From the NCBI GenBank assembly GCA_003971905.1, contig RSEE01000021.1, positions 434,001-498,000 on the forward strand: a stretch of DNA of 64,000 bases, given 5' to 3'. Positions 37,207 through 50,690 of the stretch are shown here, piece by piece. A program made the translations under genes and the position numbers. The notes beneath the pieces are model-generated. The model did not search any database. It had not been told where the DNA came from and saw only the letters and a program-made list of their open reading frames with translations. Position 1 is the first letter of the stretch. The number at the start of each line of letters is the position of its first letter. The DNA comes from Moniliella sp. 'wahieum' (lineage: Eukaryota).

Positions 37207-39017
37207 ATGCTCTCTAAGTCCTTATTAGCCAACTTCGTGTACGCCGCACTAGCCTTCACTGGCTTTGCCAGCGCCGCCACCACCCACTCCATCGAACGTG
37301 TGCCCAAATCGTACAGGGAGTTGGCCGATGCTCCTGGCACCAAGCCTATCTTTACACCATCACTGTCAAGGGCGAGCGTGAGCATGAGCTTGACGCCAGA
37401 TTGCACGCCATCTCCGTCACTGGTGGTAAGTGGTTGTCGGAGGAAGAGCTGGGTGCCTACATTTCCCCTAAGCCGCAGCATATTGCCGCCATCAAGAGCC
37501 CATCTTGCCTCAGTTGGTGTGCCGGAGGACGGAATCACCTCCAGCAAGTTCGGCGACCGGATTGAGGTTCGCAGCACCGTTGCTCAGGCCAACAAGGCTT
37601 GGGGAACAACGCTCAAGCACTATGTGATGTCAACCAGGGGGTTGCTCTGCGTACGACCTCGTACACCCTTCCGGAAGACCTTGAGGACTTTGTGGTAGCC
37701 GTCCATCCCTTTACTTCGTTTGACCTTCCACGCCCGTCCCTTCCCACACTCCGCACTTTATCAGCTAAGAAGGATAACATGCTGGTACGCGGCGGTACCC
37801 CTGCGTTGGCGGAGCGGGCAAGGTGCGATAGCCAATACGTGACGTTAAAATGTCTGATGCAACAATATGGAGCCGATTCATACATTCCTGCCAACAGCTC
37901 CTGGGGAGGGGAGACATTGTACTGATGGCCTATTCTTCGTACGCAAGTGTGAGCCCATCGGACTTTCACAAGTTCATTTCCGAGTTCCGTCCATCTATGG
38001 AAGGGGAGACTTTAACCATCAAGACGGGACCTGGTGACGGGAGCAACAATCCGTCGAACCCAGACAGGAAAGCAACCTGGATGTGCAATCGGCTGTGCTG
38101 GCGGCCCCGCTCAAGATTGGTTATTATCGTGCCAATAGTAACAACCAGGACTTCTCTACCGACATGACAAACAGTCTGAACACCATCGGTGATAGTTACT
38201 CCCCTCTCCCCGGTGTGATCTCTGTCAGCTACGGTGTGTCGGAGACGATGTCTCCCGGGGAGATGCCCAGGCCTTCTGCACTGCTGCCAAGAAGCTCACA
38301 GCACAGGTGTGACGCTTGTATTTGCCTCCGGTGACGGTGGTCTAGAAGGCGGTCACGATGAAGGCCAATCCTGCCATTCCGATGGATTCGGGGTCTCTTA
38401 CCCGAGTGGTTGCCCATATGTTCTTTCCGTCGGTGCCACGGTTGGATTCAATCCCCCAAAGGTGGCCAGCAACCCCGACGGCTCTTCTGCTTCTTCAGCT
38501 CCAGTGGGTATAGTAAATTCTTCGACGTTCCCCAATACCAGGCAAGCGCTGTGCGTTCGTACAATTCGAGCATTCCCTTTAAACAAATTATGGCTTGTTT
38601 AACCCCAAAGGTCGTGCCTTCCCCGACGTCAGCGCCAAGTACGTGTTTTACTCCACCCGCGGTAGACCCTGTATAATATACTGACTTTGCCCCGCCCTTT
38701 GGTCCCAGTGGATGGAAATTTGTCACGATCATTAACGGAACACAGACTCCAGCAGGTGGTACTTCCGCGTCAGCTCCGATTGTCGGCGCGATTCTGGCCT
38801 GGTGAACAATCACCGTGCTTCCTTGGGCAAAGACAACTCGGTTTTGCCAACCGACATTCTACGAAAACTCGTGGGCCTGGACGGACGTCACTTCGGGTTG
38901 GGCGGGTGGATGCGACGATAACCCCAAGTACTACTCCCTGCCACCAAGGGCTGGGATGTGGCTTCGGGATTGGGTCTACCCAACCTGACCGAGCTTTCAA
39001 GTTACCTTGAGACATGA
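37207..39017 (+). CDS. Secreted sedolisin (peptidase S53, tripeptidyl-peptidase I-like) with a pro-domain; many frameshifts
   Basis: Signal peptide MLSKSLLANFVYAALAFTGFASA; catalytic E-x-x-L-D (ESNLDVQ); PGVISVSYG; GVTLVFASGDGG; YPSGCPYVLSVGAT; GRAFPDVSA; GGTSASAP (catalytic Ser); WDVASGLGLPN. Confidence 0.92.
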
Positions 39018-39294
39018 CCTCTGATTGTCTCATGTTTCTGATGGACTCCCACTTTCGACTTCTGCTCTACCATTTTCAACTCTTCGCCGTATGACTCTAT
39101 GGATACATGGATTTCAGTGTTAGTACGGTTGATCGATCATACTTGCACAAGTATTGGTATAGAACATAAACCATTATTGGCGAAAACATGTGCAACTGCG
39201 GGGGATACGTGGGCGGTACAGTGGGCCCCTTCGAAAAAAGAGGAAGAGAGGCAAACGCCTCGCGGGAATCGGTGAAAGAAGTGGAGCTGTGCGA

Positions 39295-40626
39295 TTAATT
39301 ATGCTGAAAAGCTTGTGGCTTGTTCCAAGACAAGTGCTTTGTGTCTCCCAGACGTCTCGGTCGGACAAGCTGGAGGACGGAGATGAGAATGCCAATGCCG
39401 AAACAGAAGGCAGCGACGGAAAACATGGTGATCCCAAGGAAAGGGTTCCGTCCACCTGTCCAATTGGCGGTAGAGATGACAAAGCTCTTGGTCCCTTGAA
39501 ACGAGCAACGGGGTAGTTGTCCTCATCTGGATGCTGTAGTGCCCCAACCAGATCAGTATCGTCATTGCGCATATACAATTTGCGATCACAGGCAAACCTG
39601 CGGTTCGCATCCAAACGGCAAAGTGTTCGTTTCCCTCGGGGTTGAAGAAGTTGTCGGCGGTATAAAAGCCAGTAGGAATCCCAACCTCCCCGTCGCGTTC
39701 TGCCAATTGGGGGAGGGACGACGTCGTTAAAATTGTACTTTGACCGAATGTACTTTTTCATCTCCCCTGGCCAAACCAACCCTTTTCCTGCATTGGGTAG
39801 GGCGTGACACCCACATTACTCCCGTCTCCTGAGGTACGCTGGATCTGGTAAAATGTGTCTGTTGGCGTTAGCTAGTGCCTCGTGCGTGGGAAATGCATAC
39901 CATTGAAGACACTGTTTGGGATCAACCCGCACGGGTAAATGGGAACTTGGATCGTGCTTCCGTTGGGGTAGGTGCGATAGAAGTTATGCACCGGCTTGCA
40001 TGTCTGTCGCTTAAGGTCATGGAGGGAGCGGCGGTGACCCAGAAGCTGTTCGTAGTCGAAGGAACGGAGGTAGCGACGGTGAGCTTGGTAGTAATTCGTC
40101 AACTTGTAGTACAAAAACACCGACTTCTTCAGATCCATAGGGACATAAAAGTCAACCTGGCACACCTTGCCGTTGGGTGTGTTGCTGTCGATCCACGACC
40201 ATTGAGGCTTCGGCCAGGCCTCGGACGTGTTGGGTGCCTTACGTGCATCAATCTGATACTCGTATTTCGGCATGGGTGATGGCGTAGAGCCCTGCTGGAA
40301 ACATGTGGTATAGTCAAAAGTCAACTCGTTCACCGTCTGGCTGTCGACGTAGAGCACGGCTCCAATTGGCGCAAAAAAGACAGCCACCAAAAAGAAGATG
40401 CAGATCGCGAGCTTGGGGTAAAGATGGGTTCCATCCGGGCAGGCGTTGCTGGCGGAGGGGCGAGTCTGGAGCATAGTGAGCGGAAGAACTTGCGAGGGGG
40501 GAGGGGAAGTGGGAAGGGGCGGATACACACCCAGTGGTGGCTTATCGAGGAAGCTCTTCTTCTGCTGCTGCGCTCCTCGGCCTGGGATTGAGCATCGTCC
40601 ACGGACTTGCGCTTAAAGAGACCCAT
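39295..40626 (-). CDS. CDC50/LEM3 family P4-ATPase (flippase) beta subunit
   Basis: IFFLVAVFFAPIG, LTFDYTTC, SVFLYYKLTNYYQAHRRYLRS, IYPCGLIPNSVFN, NEHFAVWMRTAGLP, NYPV.RFKG, RPRRLGDTKHLSWNK; several short introns. Confidence 0.95.
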
Positions 40627-41398
40627 AGCGGAACGGTGGTCGGCGGAGGCCCGTCGGCGTACGGAGACAGGCAAGCGAGATGAGGCGGAGGCGGTTGGCT
40701 TCTGGGAGGATGACAACGGATTGGCGATGGCTGAGGAGGGTGAGCGGCTGCTGCTGAGGCTTTCCTGAGGCCTGAGGGAAAGCGGCGGAGCAATGGTGGC
40801 GAGCGAGCAGCGAGCTATGAACGTATGAACATGCCTCCAGTGGAGCGCAAGTCTTACATAACGCAACGCGGCCACATGGGGCGTGTCCGTGATCGCCTAG
40901 ACGCCCTTTGGCGAAAGATGCAATTCGATCGTCGTGAGGCGTGAGGCGTGAGCGCGTGAGGTGTGAGCCGGTGACCCCGAGATCGCAGCATCAATGAATG
41001 ACTGCTACGGCCCCAAACCGCGGGGCGCGGCACGCTGACTCTTTCGCGACGGCCGAGCCGCTTGGCGGCGGGTGATAAAGCAAACCGGTGGGGGGGCCGC
41101 GCTCGCCTTCCCTTCGCCTGGAGGGGACGGCACGCGGGCATCGCCACCTGCAGGCGGAGTGGGCTCGCCTGGCGGCAGGCTTGCTGGTGGACGCACCCCC
41201 GTGCCTTGCTTCGTCAAGTGCACGTGCTCGGCGCGGGCGGAATAGCAGGGCGCAAAAGAGACAGGGCGGAACACTGGCGCTGTGCAGAGCGGCGCCGAGT
41301 GGCGACGAGCCCAGTCGCCTTGGCGTTGCCTCCACCACCCCCAGCGTCCGCGTGTGCCTTGCTGTCCACCCACCCCGCCCCACACCGGCCTGCGCACC

Positions 41399-42600
41399 AT
41401 GCCCCCCACCCCCCCGACTGAATCTGCTGCTGCCCTTCCAAGCCCAGCGATGCTCCCCGAGAGCACGTCGCACGACTCGGACAGCCAAGGGCTCGAAGAG
41501 GAGGAGCTGGAAGGTATGTGTCTCTTCCTTGAATTCACAGGAAACTAACGTTGTAACTTGCGTGCCCGCAGACGAGTACTCCCTTACCGAGTCGGGCACC
41601 GAGTCTCTCACCTGGATCTCATGGTTCTGCTCCCTGGCTGGTCACGAGTTTCTCGCCGAGGTCGCAGAGGAGTTTATCGAGGATGACTTCAACATGACTG
41701 GGCTCAACGCTGTTGTGCCCTACTACCGCGAGGCGATGGAGATGATTCTCGACATTGAGCCAGGTCCGTGCCTCATTTCGCCTGGGATTTTGCAGCACGC
41801 ACTAGTACTAACCCATCGTCCTGCAGAAGAAGATTCTCCTCAAATCCCCGACATTTCCATTGTTGAGTCATCGGCCGAGTTGCTGTACGGCATGATCCAT
41901 CAGAGATATATCTTGACTGCGCCAGGAATGCAGCAAATGGTGACCAAGTTGGAAGACGGTGTATTTGGCTGCTGCCCACGCGTCTACTGCGATGACCAAC
42001 CTATTCTCCCGTGCGGCCGGTCCGACACCCCAGGAATCGACACTGTTAAACTCTTCTGCCCCAACTGCATGGACCTCTATACCCCCCTTCGTCTCGTTTC
42101 CATGGGATTGATGGTACGCTATCCTCCCTCTTTCTTGGTGGGAGTAATCTAACTCAGCCCCTGGATACAGGATTTTACTTTGGCACCACTTTTCCCCACT
42201 TGATCCTACAAGCCTGCAAGGACCTCGCTTCCAGTCCCATCGCCTCTCTCAGTCTGCGGGGGCGGCGAAGGAGGCGAAGCTCGGAGGAGGATGAATTTGG
42301 GAACGAGGGCGTTCCATCCGACTCAGACCCTGTTACGCCCGGGGGAAGCGACGCGGAGGAGGAGCCGGGGTGGTCGAGTCGGCCTTGGGGGAGATCGGGG
42401 GATTCCCCGATGGGCGTTATGAGGATCTAGATTTGCCACCTAGTCTCTTGTCGACGGGTGTGCCCACGTGGCGGGTGTATCAGCCGCGGATCTATGGCTT
42501 CCGCGTCTCTGAGTTGGCACGGTCAGGGCCACGGATGCGCTGGATGCGTGCACGGCCCTCCACGTATGCTCAGCTCATGGGGCGTGAGACCCTCGCAAGT
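41399..42600 (+). CDS. CKB1: Casein kinase II regulatory beta subunit; start either 41399 or 41450; 3' end approximate
   Basis: TWISWFCSLAGHEFLAEVAEEFIEDDFNMTGL, SAELLYGMIHQRYILT, FGCCPRVYC...LPCGRSDTPGIDTVKLFCPNCMDLY, DG.YFGTTFPHL, YQPRIYGFRVSELARSGPRMRWMR. Introns at about 41514-41569, 41764-41826 and 42114-42170. Confidence 0.95.
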
Positions 42601-43389
42601 CCGCTCTTCAACCTGCGCCCTCCCCTAGTTCTGTGGAGAACACGAGAACGATGTCTCTGCTTCCCCGAGCAAGACGAGCGGTACAGATGCGGCGGCTCGA
42701 GCTCCACTGGCGCCAGAGCCGGCTGCCTCACAGAATGCGTAGGCAAGCTACCTGGCCTACATGTGCACCTTGCTCTCACGATTTTGTACCACTTGCTTCG
42801 TTCGTGTGGCTACGATGTTTACGTGCCGCCATCTTTTCGTACATGCATCGTTCTGTTGACCAGAGCAGCTCAAGGATTGGGCTTATATAGAAGCTAACAG
42901 AGGAGGTAGATCGGCTTCGAGAGGGTTTCCTGCATCTCAAGACGCCCCATGGCCACTCAGCAGAGACCCCTTTCCCCTTTAATTACCACACGTCCCCTGC
43001 CACTTTATATCTGGCGCCGAGAGACTTGCGGCAGCGCCAGAGCCTCATTCCCGGCGGGTTTGCGATCCGTCCTTGGTGCCTTTCTTCTTGATTCTGTCAG
43101 TAACGACCGTCCCCTGCGTTCTACAGCCCACGCTCAACCTTCTTCGTTCACATCTTTCAGACTACTCACCAGAGCTAACGTAAGAAGAAAAGATGTAGAT
43201 GTATAGCGATGAGATCCGGCATACGCCAGGAACATGAATGTTGACAATCTTAAACAAGAACAAATTGACGTGCAAAAAACAAGGGGGAACTAGCGATCAG
43301 TAACCCCAAGACCAGAGAGCTTGAGGTATAGATAAATATACTGTTTTGTCACGGCCAAGGCGGGTGGGAACGATGCAAGGGAGCAAAAG

Positions 43390-45285
43390 GTACTAAGTAT
43401 GAATCGTCGGCCAAGCATCCTGGACTTGATCCGGGAAAAGGAGGCTGAACGCGACGTGTCGGGGGAAGGGCCGTCAAGAGACGGGACGCCGAGAATTGGG
43501 CAGGACGCGAGCGTGACGAGCACCAGTGTATCGGTGCACCGGCCGCGGGGACGGATGAACTCGGCTGCGTCTTGCCCTCCAACGACAGGCTCGAGCAGCC
43601 GTCACTTGGGCTGTCGATGCCACCACGGCCTCCGCTGCTTTAGCTTGTGACACAATTCGCGACACCGACCGGCGAGTCGGAAGGGGATCCTCTTCTGACG
43701 ACTCGAGGAGTAGCTGTGCCACCTGATCCAATACCGGAGTATCATCCTGTCCAGGAATGTACTGCTCTCGTCAGGTCGAGGTGAGGGGGGAGCCGGGCTC
43801 CGGCAGGCGAGTCCTGCGCGCCGCGCGGCTTCCTGGGCCGCACGTCGTTCTCGGCGTCGCCACTGTGGGGTAGGACGGCGCCAGTCCCATTCTGACCCTG
43901 CAGCAGCTCGTCCGGGGAAAAAACGTTCAAACCAATAGTCTGGTTCGTCTACCACCGAGGACGATGACATTGCCGAGTCGGTCGGGCTGAAACACATGTT
44001 GTCTGTGCTTGAGGTTGTCGAAGCGCGAGACTGTTCCCGGATCCCAACAAAGGAAAGGGATTTCAGTTCCTCGTCCATCGCACTGGAGTGGGCACGCGCG
44101 TGAGCCCGAGCATGGATCTGTGCATGAGCGCCAGCATGCAGCGCATGGGCCGAAAGTGCATGCAGACGCATGTCCGAACGCGCATGGGAAGGCAACCCTG
44201 TTGTGCCCAGCGAATCCTCCAGCGAAACACGAAGGGAGGGCGCTGGCCGCCGCCCCTTGCCTTGAGGCGGGGCGATTGCAATTCGCGGGTACTGGTGAGG
44301 AGCGCATTGAGTTGGACGCGCGTCCGGCGCGTGCATGGGACTCGACAAACGGTTGCCAGTCCGGCTCTTTCAGCCGAATGCGACGGCCCGCACTGGATCC
44401 CTGAGAGGAGGAATACGACTCCCTTCGGCTCATTGCGTCGGGCTCCGAAGGGGCGCGCGCCTTGCTATCCGAGCTCGCAGAGGAAATGAGAATTGGGTCA
44501 GGGGCTGAGGCACGGCGCTTGGACATGGTGGAGGGGGAGAAGGGGCTAGGAAAGCGCTCGGAGGAGTATTGTGCAAATCATGGGCTTGGAGCATCCGAGA
44601 AAGATTGCTACCCTCCTTAGATGGGTGGAGGGGAACAGTGATAGGATGAGAAGCAAGGGGTGGTGGAATCGGATGAAGTGATGGCCACCACACAAGGGCC
44701 ACTAGACGATGTGTCGTCCCCTGGGGAGTCGGGAGAAACATCACCAGGCTCGTCCATTTCGACAATAGCATCGTCCATGGATGTGCCGATCCGGACCCGG
44801 CAGACGCTAAGCGGGCGTCCAGCTCGGCTTGTGCACGCATGGCCATCTGATGCAGCTCGAGCGCTAGATTGCTGGAGGTGCCTCCTCCTGGACACGTATC
44901 CTCCATCGAGGGGGAAGGAACGCGCTCCGTGTCACCTGACCCAGAGAGCGAACCTTCCTCGGAGTCGGAATCAAACCATGTTGGCCTGTATTGCTTTCTT
45001 CGTCGTTGCCAAAGGTGTGGGGTTCCAGGGGATGTTGCCCGGCGTCGTGGTGGATATGATGGTGGTGGATATGATTGGCTGATTAGGGCGGCCCAGGAGG
45101 AAGCGATTCAGGCTTACATCCCGGTCCAATGCGCTCGCCACATGGTACCGTTGGTTGCGGCTGTGGGGAGTGACCTCCTCATCAGCGCTGGCGTAGCTGT
45201 CCACGTCGCTGGGATAGACGCGAACATTGCTGCCGTATTCAAGGCGTGCGAAGGTGCGTTGGAGAACGGCCAACAGATGGGACAT
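43390..45285 (-). CDS. Hypothetical Ser/Arg-rich, largely disordered protein (frameshifted)
   Basis: Consecutive overlapping minus-strand ORFs (44971-45489, 44430-44906, 43927-44526, 43602-44348, 43474-43731) form one continuous low-complexity coding-like unit starting MSHLLAVLQRTFARLEYG. Confidence 0.6.
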
Positions 45286-47389
45286 AGCAAGAATGGCGAC
45301 GCGAAGAATGAGAGTTCCCAGCGCCAGTACAATGTGGGCAGCGAGAAAAAGAACAAAGAAAGTGTGCGGCCAGGATGAGAACGGGCCGGAAAAGGGGGCG
45401 GAAGACGCTTGGCGTCGACATGTACATCCGTGCCGGCCGGGACGGCGGCGGAGGGGGGCATGCGGCAGGGATCCTAGAAGCACAGGCAAGCTGCGTTTGG
45501 CACTTCACTGAGGCAGGCGGCCAGCGCACAGCATGGAGCCCACAGCAAACAAAGGGAGATGGTGGTCGGTACTTGCAGGCTATCAGCTCTCGCCAAATAT
45601 TGAACGTCGCAAAATAAGCCACCAGAGATTGGGGCGGTGTAGATGAGACAGTGCTGAGAATTGAATACTCGATTCCATGTTCAACATTCAACGGAAGCTT
45701 GAGAAGACATCAATGCCTGCGCCAGCCCACACAACTATAGCGTGCTGCTCCTTTCCAGTACAGGCGCAAGCCAAATCACCTAGCCGCCAGTTACTAGTTA
45801 CTAGTTACTGGTTACTCACTAGTCAAGCACAAGCCAACGTGGATTCCCTTCGACGCCCCGATGGTTGACGCGTTGATGGCGGCAGGCGAGGGTCAATATT
45901 CAATAGTCGACGATCGATGATTATCAATTGGTGAACTCGATGAACGCATCCCATTCTGCACGCAGCTAGTGTGCCAACAGGTGCGTCTGTGCTTGGGCCG
46001 CAACGTGTGTGATGCGTGTGCATGCCTGTGTCCTCTACACAACATGCGGTAATCCTTTCGCGCTAATCCTCCTGTGTGGATTGGCCCAACATTTAGAACA
46101 GCCCCTAACCCCCCTGATGCACCCGATGTACAGTGGAGAGTGGCTCTTCTCGTTGGATATATGAGCCTTAGTACACTGCGTCATGCGTTATACTATGGTA
46201 CCCTAATTAGTTGTATGGGCGCGAGAACGTTGCCAACATCATTAGGTTGACATCATTATACTACCTCTATACCCCGCTCTCAATTTTGACCCCGCCATAT
46301 CGCAAGGTTGCCATGCACTCCAGTACCGTCGTGACCCTTTCCGGCGAGCCATATGCACATGGTGCATAGTTTTGGCAAATTATGAAGGTGGCAGAGAGAT
46401 GGTACTTCTCTCTGACAGAATAGTAGCAACACAGATGTACCACAACATCATATAGCGAAGCGTTTGAGAGACGCAGGCTATAGAATCACACACACATTAT
46501 CATACTCGTATTCAAATATCATGATGAGAGACTGATGATGACGTCGATGAGTTCTTATATGGTCACAGAGAGCACCAAACACCTCACAAGCCACACAAGT
46601 ATATGTGGCTTTCCAGTGCATATATCTGCTTGATGTGGAACACACAGGCTTGCTCTCTGAGATCTGAGATGCGAGAGAGATGTGATACACATATGGCAAA
46701 GACATGCACTGCGTCTCCTCCACAGGAAAGAAAGAGCGGTGGCTCTCTCTCGTATTACAGCACCACCTGTTGTGACAGTGAGTCAAGTGTTGTGTGAACA
46801 ACAAATCGAACGTGCCAGGAGGACCATAACTAGTGGTCCATAGTACGAGTCGCGTTGCATCCGGCATGGCGAGCGGCGTGGATCGTCAGAAAGATGAGGC
46901 TGGAGGGGGCGCCAGTTGGCTGGTGTCGTCATGGTGCCGGCGCCCGTTACAGCACTCATGTAACTAGTAGTTAAATACCGACCACAATCAATTACTATTG
47001 CGCCCAACAAACTTCTCGGCATGCAGGGGCGTTTTCCCATCGCTGCTTCCATTTCAATGGCAGAGCTTAAGGCTGGGACAGGAATATTAGTACTAGTACT
47101 AAAAATAAGCAAAGAGCGCCTCCCATTTAAGGAAACCATGCCCAAAGCTCGGGCTCCGTAACCCCTCTTATTTCGTCTACCACCCGTCTACTCGTCAGCG
47201 GGCTGTCAGACATGGCACCTAGGGCCCGCACAGGCTTTGAGGGGTCAAAGGGCTTACTGGTGACGCTCGCGGCAAGCGGCGCTCCTCCACCCAGAGTGCG
47301 GCAGGGGCGCCGCCGGCAGACGCTGTTACCACAACGCCTGCTCGCACGACACGTGGGATCCATCGTCGTACCCCGTCCGCGGAGGGGAC

Positions 47390-48309
47390 ATGGAGCAAGA
47401 CACTAATATGGACGAAGCGGCGGCGGGGTCGGACGAGGAAGTTGCAGGGCAGGGACGCCTTCCTGCGGTGGCTGCCGACGACATCTCACTCGAGCAAGTG
47501 ACCTCGAACCAACGGGAGCTACTGCAAAAGTTCGATAAGATCAATGCTCTACAGGCCAAGGTCAACCACATGGAGGCTAAGATCAACCACATGGAGGCCA
47601 AGGTCAAGCGCATCGAGTCCCTGCAAGAGGATCAGATCAGCGCCCACGATTAACATGTCAACAACGGTCGAAAAGTTGCGGGACCAAAGTCACGACAATG
47701 GCCGCACCCTCGTCGAAATCCTTGAACGTATTCGCGCCCTGGCTCAGCATTCCCCTCAACCCGGCCATGTAACCGAATCTGGGAAAGATGTGTTCCGTGG
47801 TCTGACACCTGCCAAGTTGGCGTGGACGATTGCGCTGAGCCTGGAAACTAATGTCTTTGCAGCCAGGTCGTCCCTCGTTCCCGACAACCAACAGAAGCTC
47901 GCCAAGCGGATGGCGAAACTTGTGGTGACGCAGGACAATATCACGGACGAGACTGAGGCTGGACTTATCCGGACCGGTATCATGGCCGACTCTAAGGCGG
48001 CTGACGCGCTCAGCACAGTTCGGTCTTACATCCTCCGTAACATCGTCCGAGCTGGCTCGACGCGCTCCTTCGTCTTGGATATAGCAATAAAGCGCATTTC
48101 TCGCACGTTCGTCGTTGCGGAGCAGGTCCTGAACCGGTTCAAGAGCTGGCGTCAGACCTTCGCGGCGGAAAGGAGAAGGGATGGGATGTTGCGGACGCAG
48201 AGTGGAACCGATCAGGAACGACGCGGGGGCGCTTGCTAAGCTGAAACAGAAGGACGCTGAGATATACCCGGAGCTGAATCCCTCGCCCAGTGACGAAGAA
48301 GACGAGTGA
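47390..48309 (+). CDS. Hypothetical coiled-coil protein, possibly transposon-borne
   Basis: MEQDTNMDE...; heptad repeat LQAKVNHMEAKINHMEAKVKRIESLQ (21-bp DNA duplication); a helical domain follows after a frameshift, ending LKQKDAEIYPELNPSPSDEEDE*. Intronless, in a gene-poor, lower-GC region. Confidence 0.6.
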
Positions 48310-49516
48310 ACTACCACTGTATACACCATATCCCCACAAATCGGTGTATGGGTGGGGGCGCCTTCTCGGGTCCCGGTTTGGGATGGCGCCAACCTCCCTG
48401 ATGTTAAGAAAATGATGCACGCTCCACTGTTGATTATTGGTGGTAACAGGGATGATATATATGATCCAAGGCGAAAAGATCGTACTGTATATTACTCGTA
48501 CAGTTGGACTGGTATTCATATAGTACCGTCTGTCTGTCATGACACGCACAACACAAAACCGAATGATAATAAAAGGTCAGGCAGCACGGGGCCGCAGTGA
48601 CCTGGCGGTGGCGTTGGGCAACACTGGCGCCATGCGGGTGGACCACCGGTGGTTGCCCTATAACCGCACGCAGCTGCACCGATGCTCTTGCCTCTCGACT
48701 ACCACCACCACCGCCACCGCCCTTCTCTCGCTGGCCACACATTGTGCTACCGGAGCTGGCGACACGTGTCCGGCTCGTTGCGCTGCCATTATATGCCCCC
48801 CCCGACGCGCTTGCTGTGCTAGCGCCTGGCCTCGGTATGTCCACGCCCTCCGGGCGGATGCCTGTCGTACTGACTCGTCTGTTGCGCAGCTGACGGAAGA
48901 GTCGACCACGCCTGGTGGCATGATCTTGCCTGGTATCCTTAGCGTCAGGATATCGGCCATGCCTTCCAACAGCGAGTTGAACATCAACGACAAGGGCGCT
49001 TTTCGAACGGACGGTCGACGGCGACGGTTGCCCCCGCTGGGGCTCGACGGTCAGTACCTGTGTTTTGTCCTTGTCCACCCACTGATAACACCTTGAGCAG
49101 GATGACTGGAGATGGCGCTCAAGTGCTGCAACAACGAACACGGAACATGTGCAGGCTTGCGCACACATCGTCCACTGTATAGTCGCCTGGCTCATCATTT
49201 TCTCTTTCTCGACCGCGATTCGCCTGTGCGACCTGGCCCTTGGATCTTGGTTTTTGCCCTTCGGTCCCTTTTCATCTCGGTGGTCCCATGATGTTTTTCC
49301 CTTCGTGATTCAGCGATGAATGCGAAGTCTCTGGCTGCCGCCGGCCTGAGGCTCCTATAACAACCTGCCGTTGCCTTTGCGCACCTCTCTACTCCTTTCC
49401 ATGTCTAACCCTGGCAATGCATGCTTTGAAAAGTAATCCATACTGCCTGATCTGGCACTATGTGGCAGACTATCCACCACACCCTAGCTACCAGCCTGTC
49501 AGCAACGACCCGTCCG

Positions 49517-49582
49517 GGGATCCGGGTGGATAAATGGGGATATCTGGTAGATAGATGGGGGATATCTGGTGGATAGCTGGGG
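49517..49582. repeat. About three imperfect ~20-bp tandem repeats (GGGGATATCTGGTRGATAG/A)
   Basis: ggggatccgggtggataaat / ggggatatctggtagatagat / ggggatatctggtggatagct are visible in tandem. Confidence 0.75.
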
Positions 49583-49829
49583 CAAGCTGCCGGTCAGATT
49601 CTCTCGACCTTGCGACGATCTTGCCGCCAGCGTCCCTTGTCGCGAGATTGTGGCAACGCTGGTGATAGTCTGGCGAACACGACAGTTAATCTTGCGGCAA
49701 GGTCTGCGGCAACCTTGTAACCAGAAATTTCGATTAGCTATGTGCCCTCTCCCAAGTTTCTGATAAGAGCACTCACCATGTACACCACAAGGGAAAGTGT
49801 CATAGATGGCATCGGACGCACTCGATCCA

Positions 49830-50690
49830 TCACTTCAGCAAACTGCGCAGTATAAAAAGACAGAAGGACAGAGGTGTTTCCAAACCCGAAGTAGTGCGAT
49901 GTGTGGATACGATTGGGCGTGGTAAATATCCGAGCGGTGAACGATCTCCACTTGAAAGACTATGGCAAAGGACTGTAGTTTTGTTAATTCTTTTCAGTGC
50001 CCCAACATCCACCGCGTCAGTTGCCCGTCGCCGTGACGGCGGCATAGTATCATCGCGTTGTCATAACCACAACGAGAGGAAGGGTTCTTGAGTGCGGCCC
50101 TGTGGCACTTGACGTTCTTGTCGCATTCTGCTTGTTCCAACGATCATTTATTCTCACGACGTTCCAAAGGCGTTGTTGCGGTGCTCTCGCGTAGCACCCT
50201 CCGTCGGTATGAATAAGACGTCGCTTTGGCCGCGTTCTCGAGTCCCGCAACGTGTATGGTCTTCCTCCATTCCTGCACTTCCGAATGAGCTAGGTCCCAG
50301 CCCTCGGTAGTCAGTATACGGCTTTCGCCTTTCTCCCGCGCCTCGTACCATCCTCTCCATAGCCGGCTCACTGTGGATGTGGGTGTCGGGGATGGAGCGC
50401 ACGAGCTGGAGAATGGGCTCTCGCATCGCCTCACCAATGGACTGTTGGTGCGGGTGTAAAGCCTGAATCTGCTTGTCCGCGAGCCGGAGGCACGCGGCCG
50501 ATGGGATTGAGGAGAGCCGTATGTGGTTGAGTAGGTTCCTGTGCTCGGCCACATTGCGACCGTCGAATCGTCGAATTTCTTGAGCAACTCTTGCCCTATG
50601 AGATGAGACCTGGAGTCCAGATGGTCCTCGAGGGTGATGCAATCGCACTGGTGGTGGTTGTGGTCTAAGCCAACCAGCAACGCCTACAGA
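49830..50690 (-). pseudogene. Degenerate coding-like fragment of unknown family
   Basis: Protein-like minus-strand frames (LDHNHHQCDCITLEDHLDSRSHL..., LLNHIRLSSIPSAACLRL..., GWDLAHSEVQEWRK) broken by shifts and stops. Confidence 0.3.

Noticed and set aside
27831..39017. Secondary-metabolite gene cluster around the acyltransferase-like gene
   Set aside because: No PKS/NRPS core is present, the neighbours are housekeeping genes, and the transacylase lacks its catalytic residues.
31004..42600. Programmed frameshifting or mass pseudogenisation
   Set aside because: The shifts are scattered single-base indels with no consistent slippery sites and affect essential genes, so sequencing error is more parsimonious.
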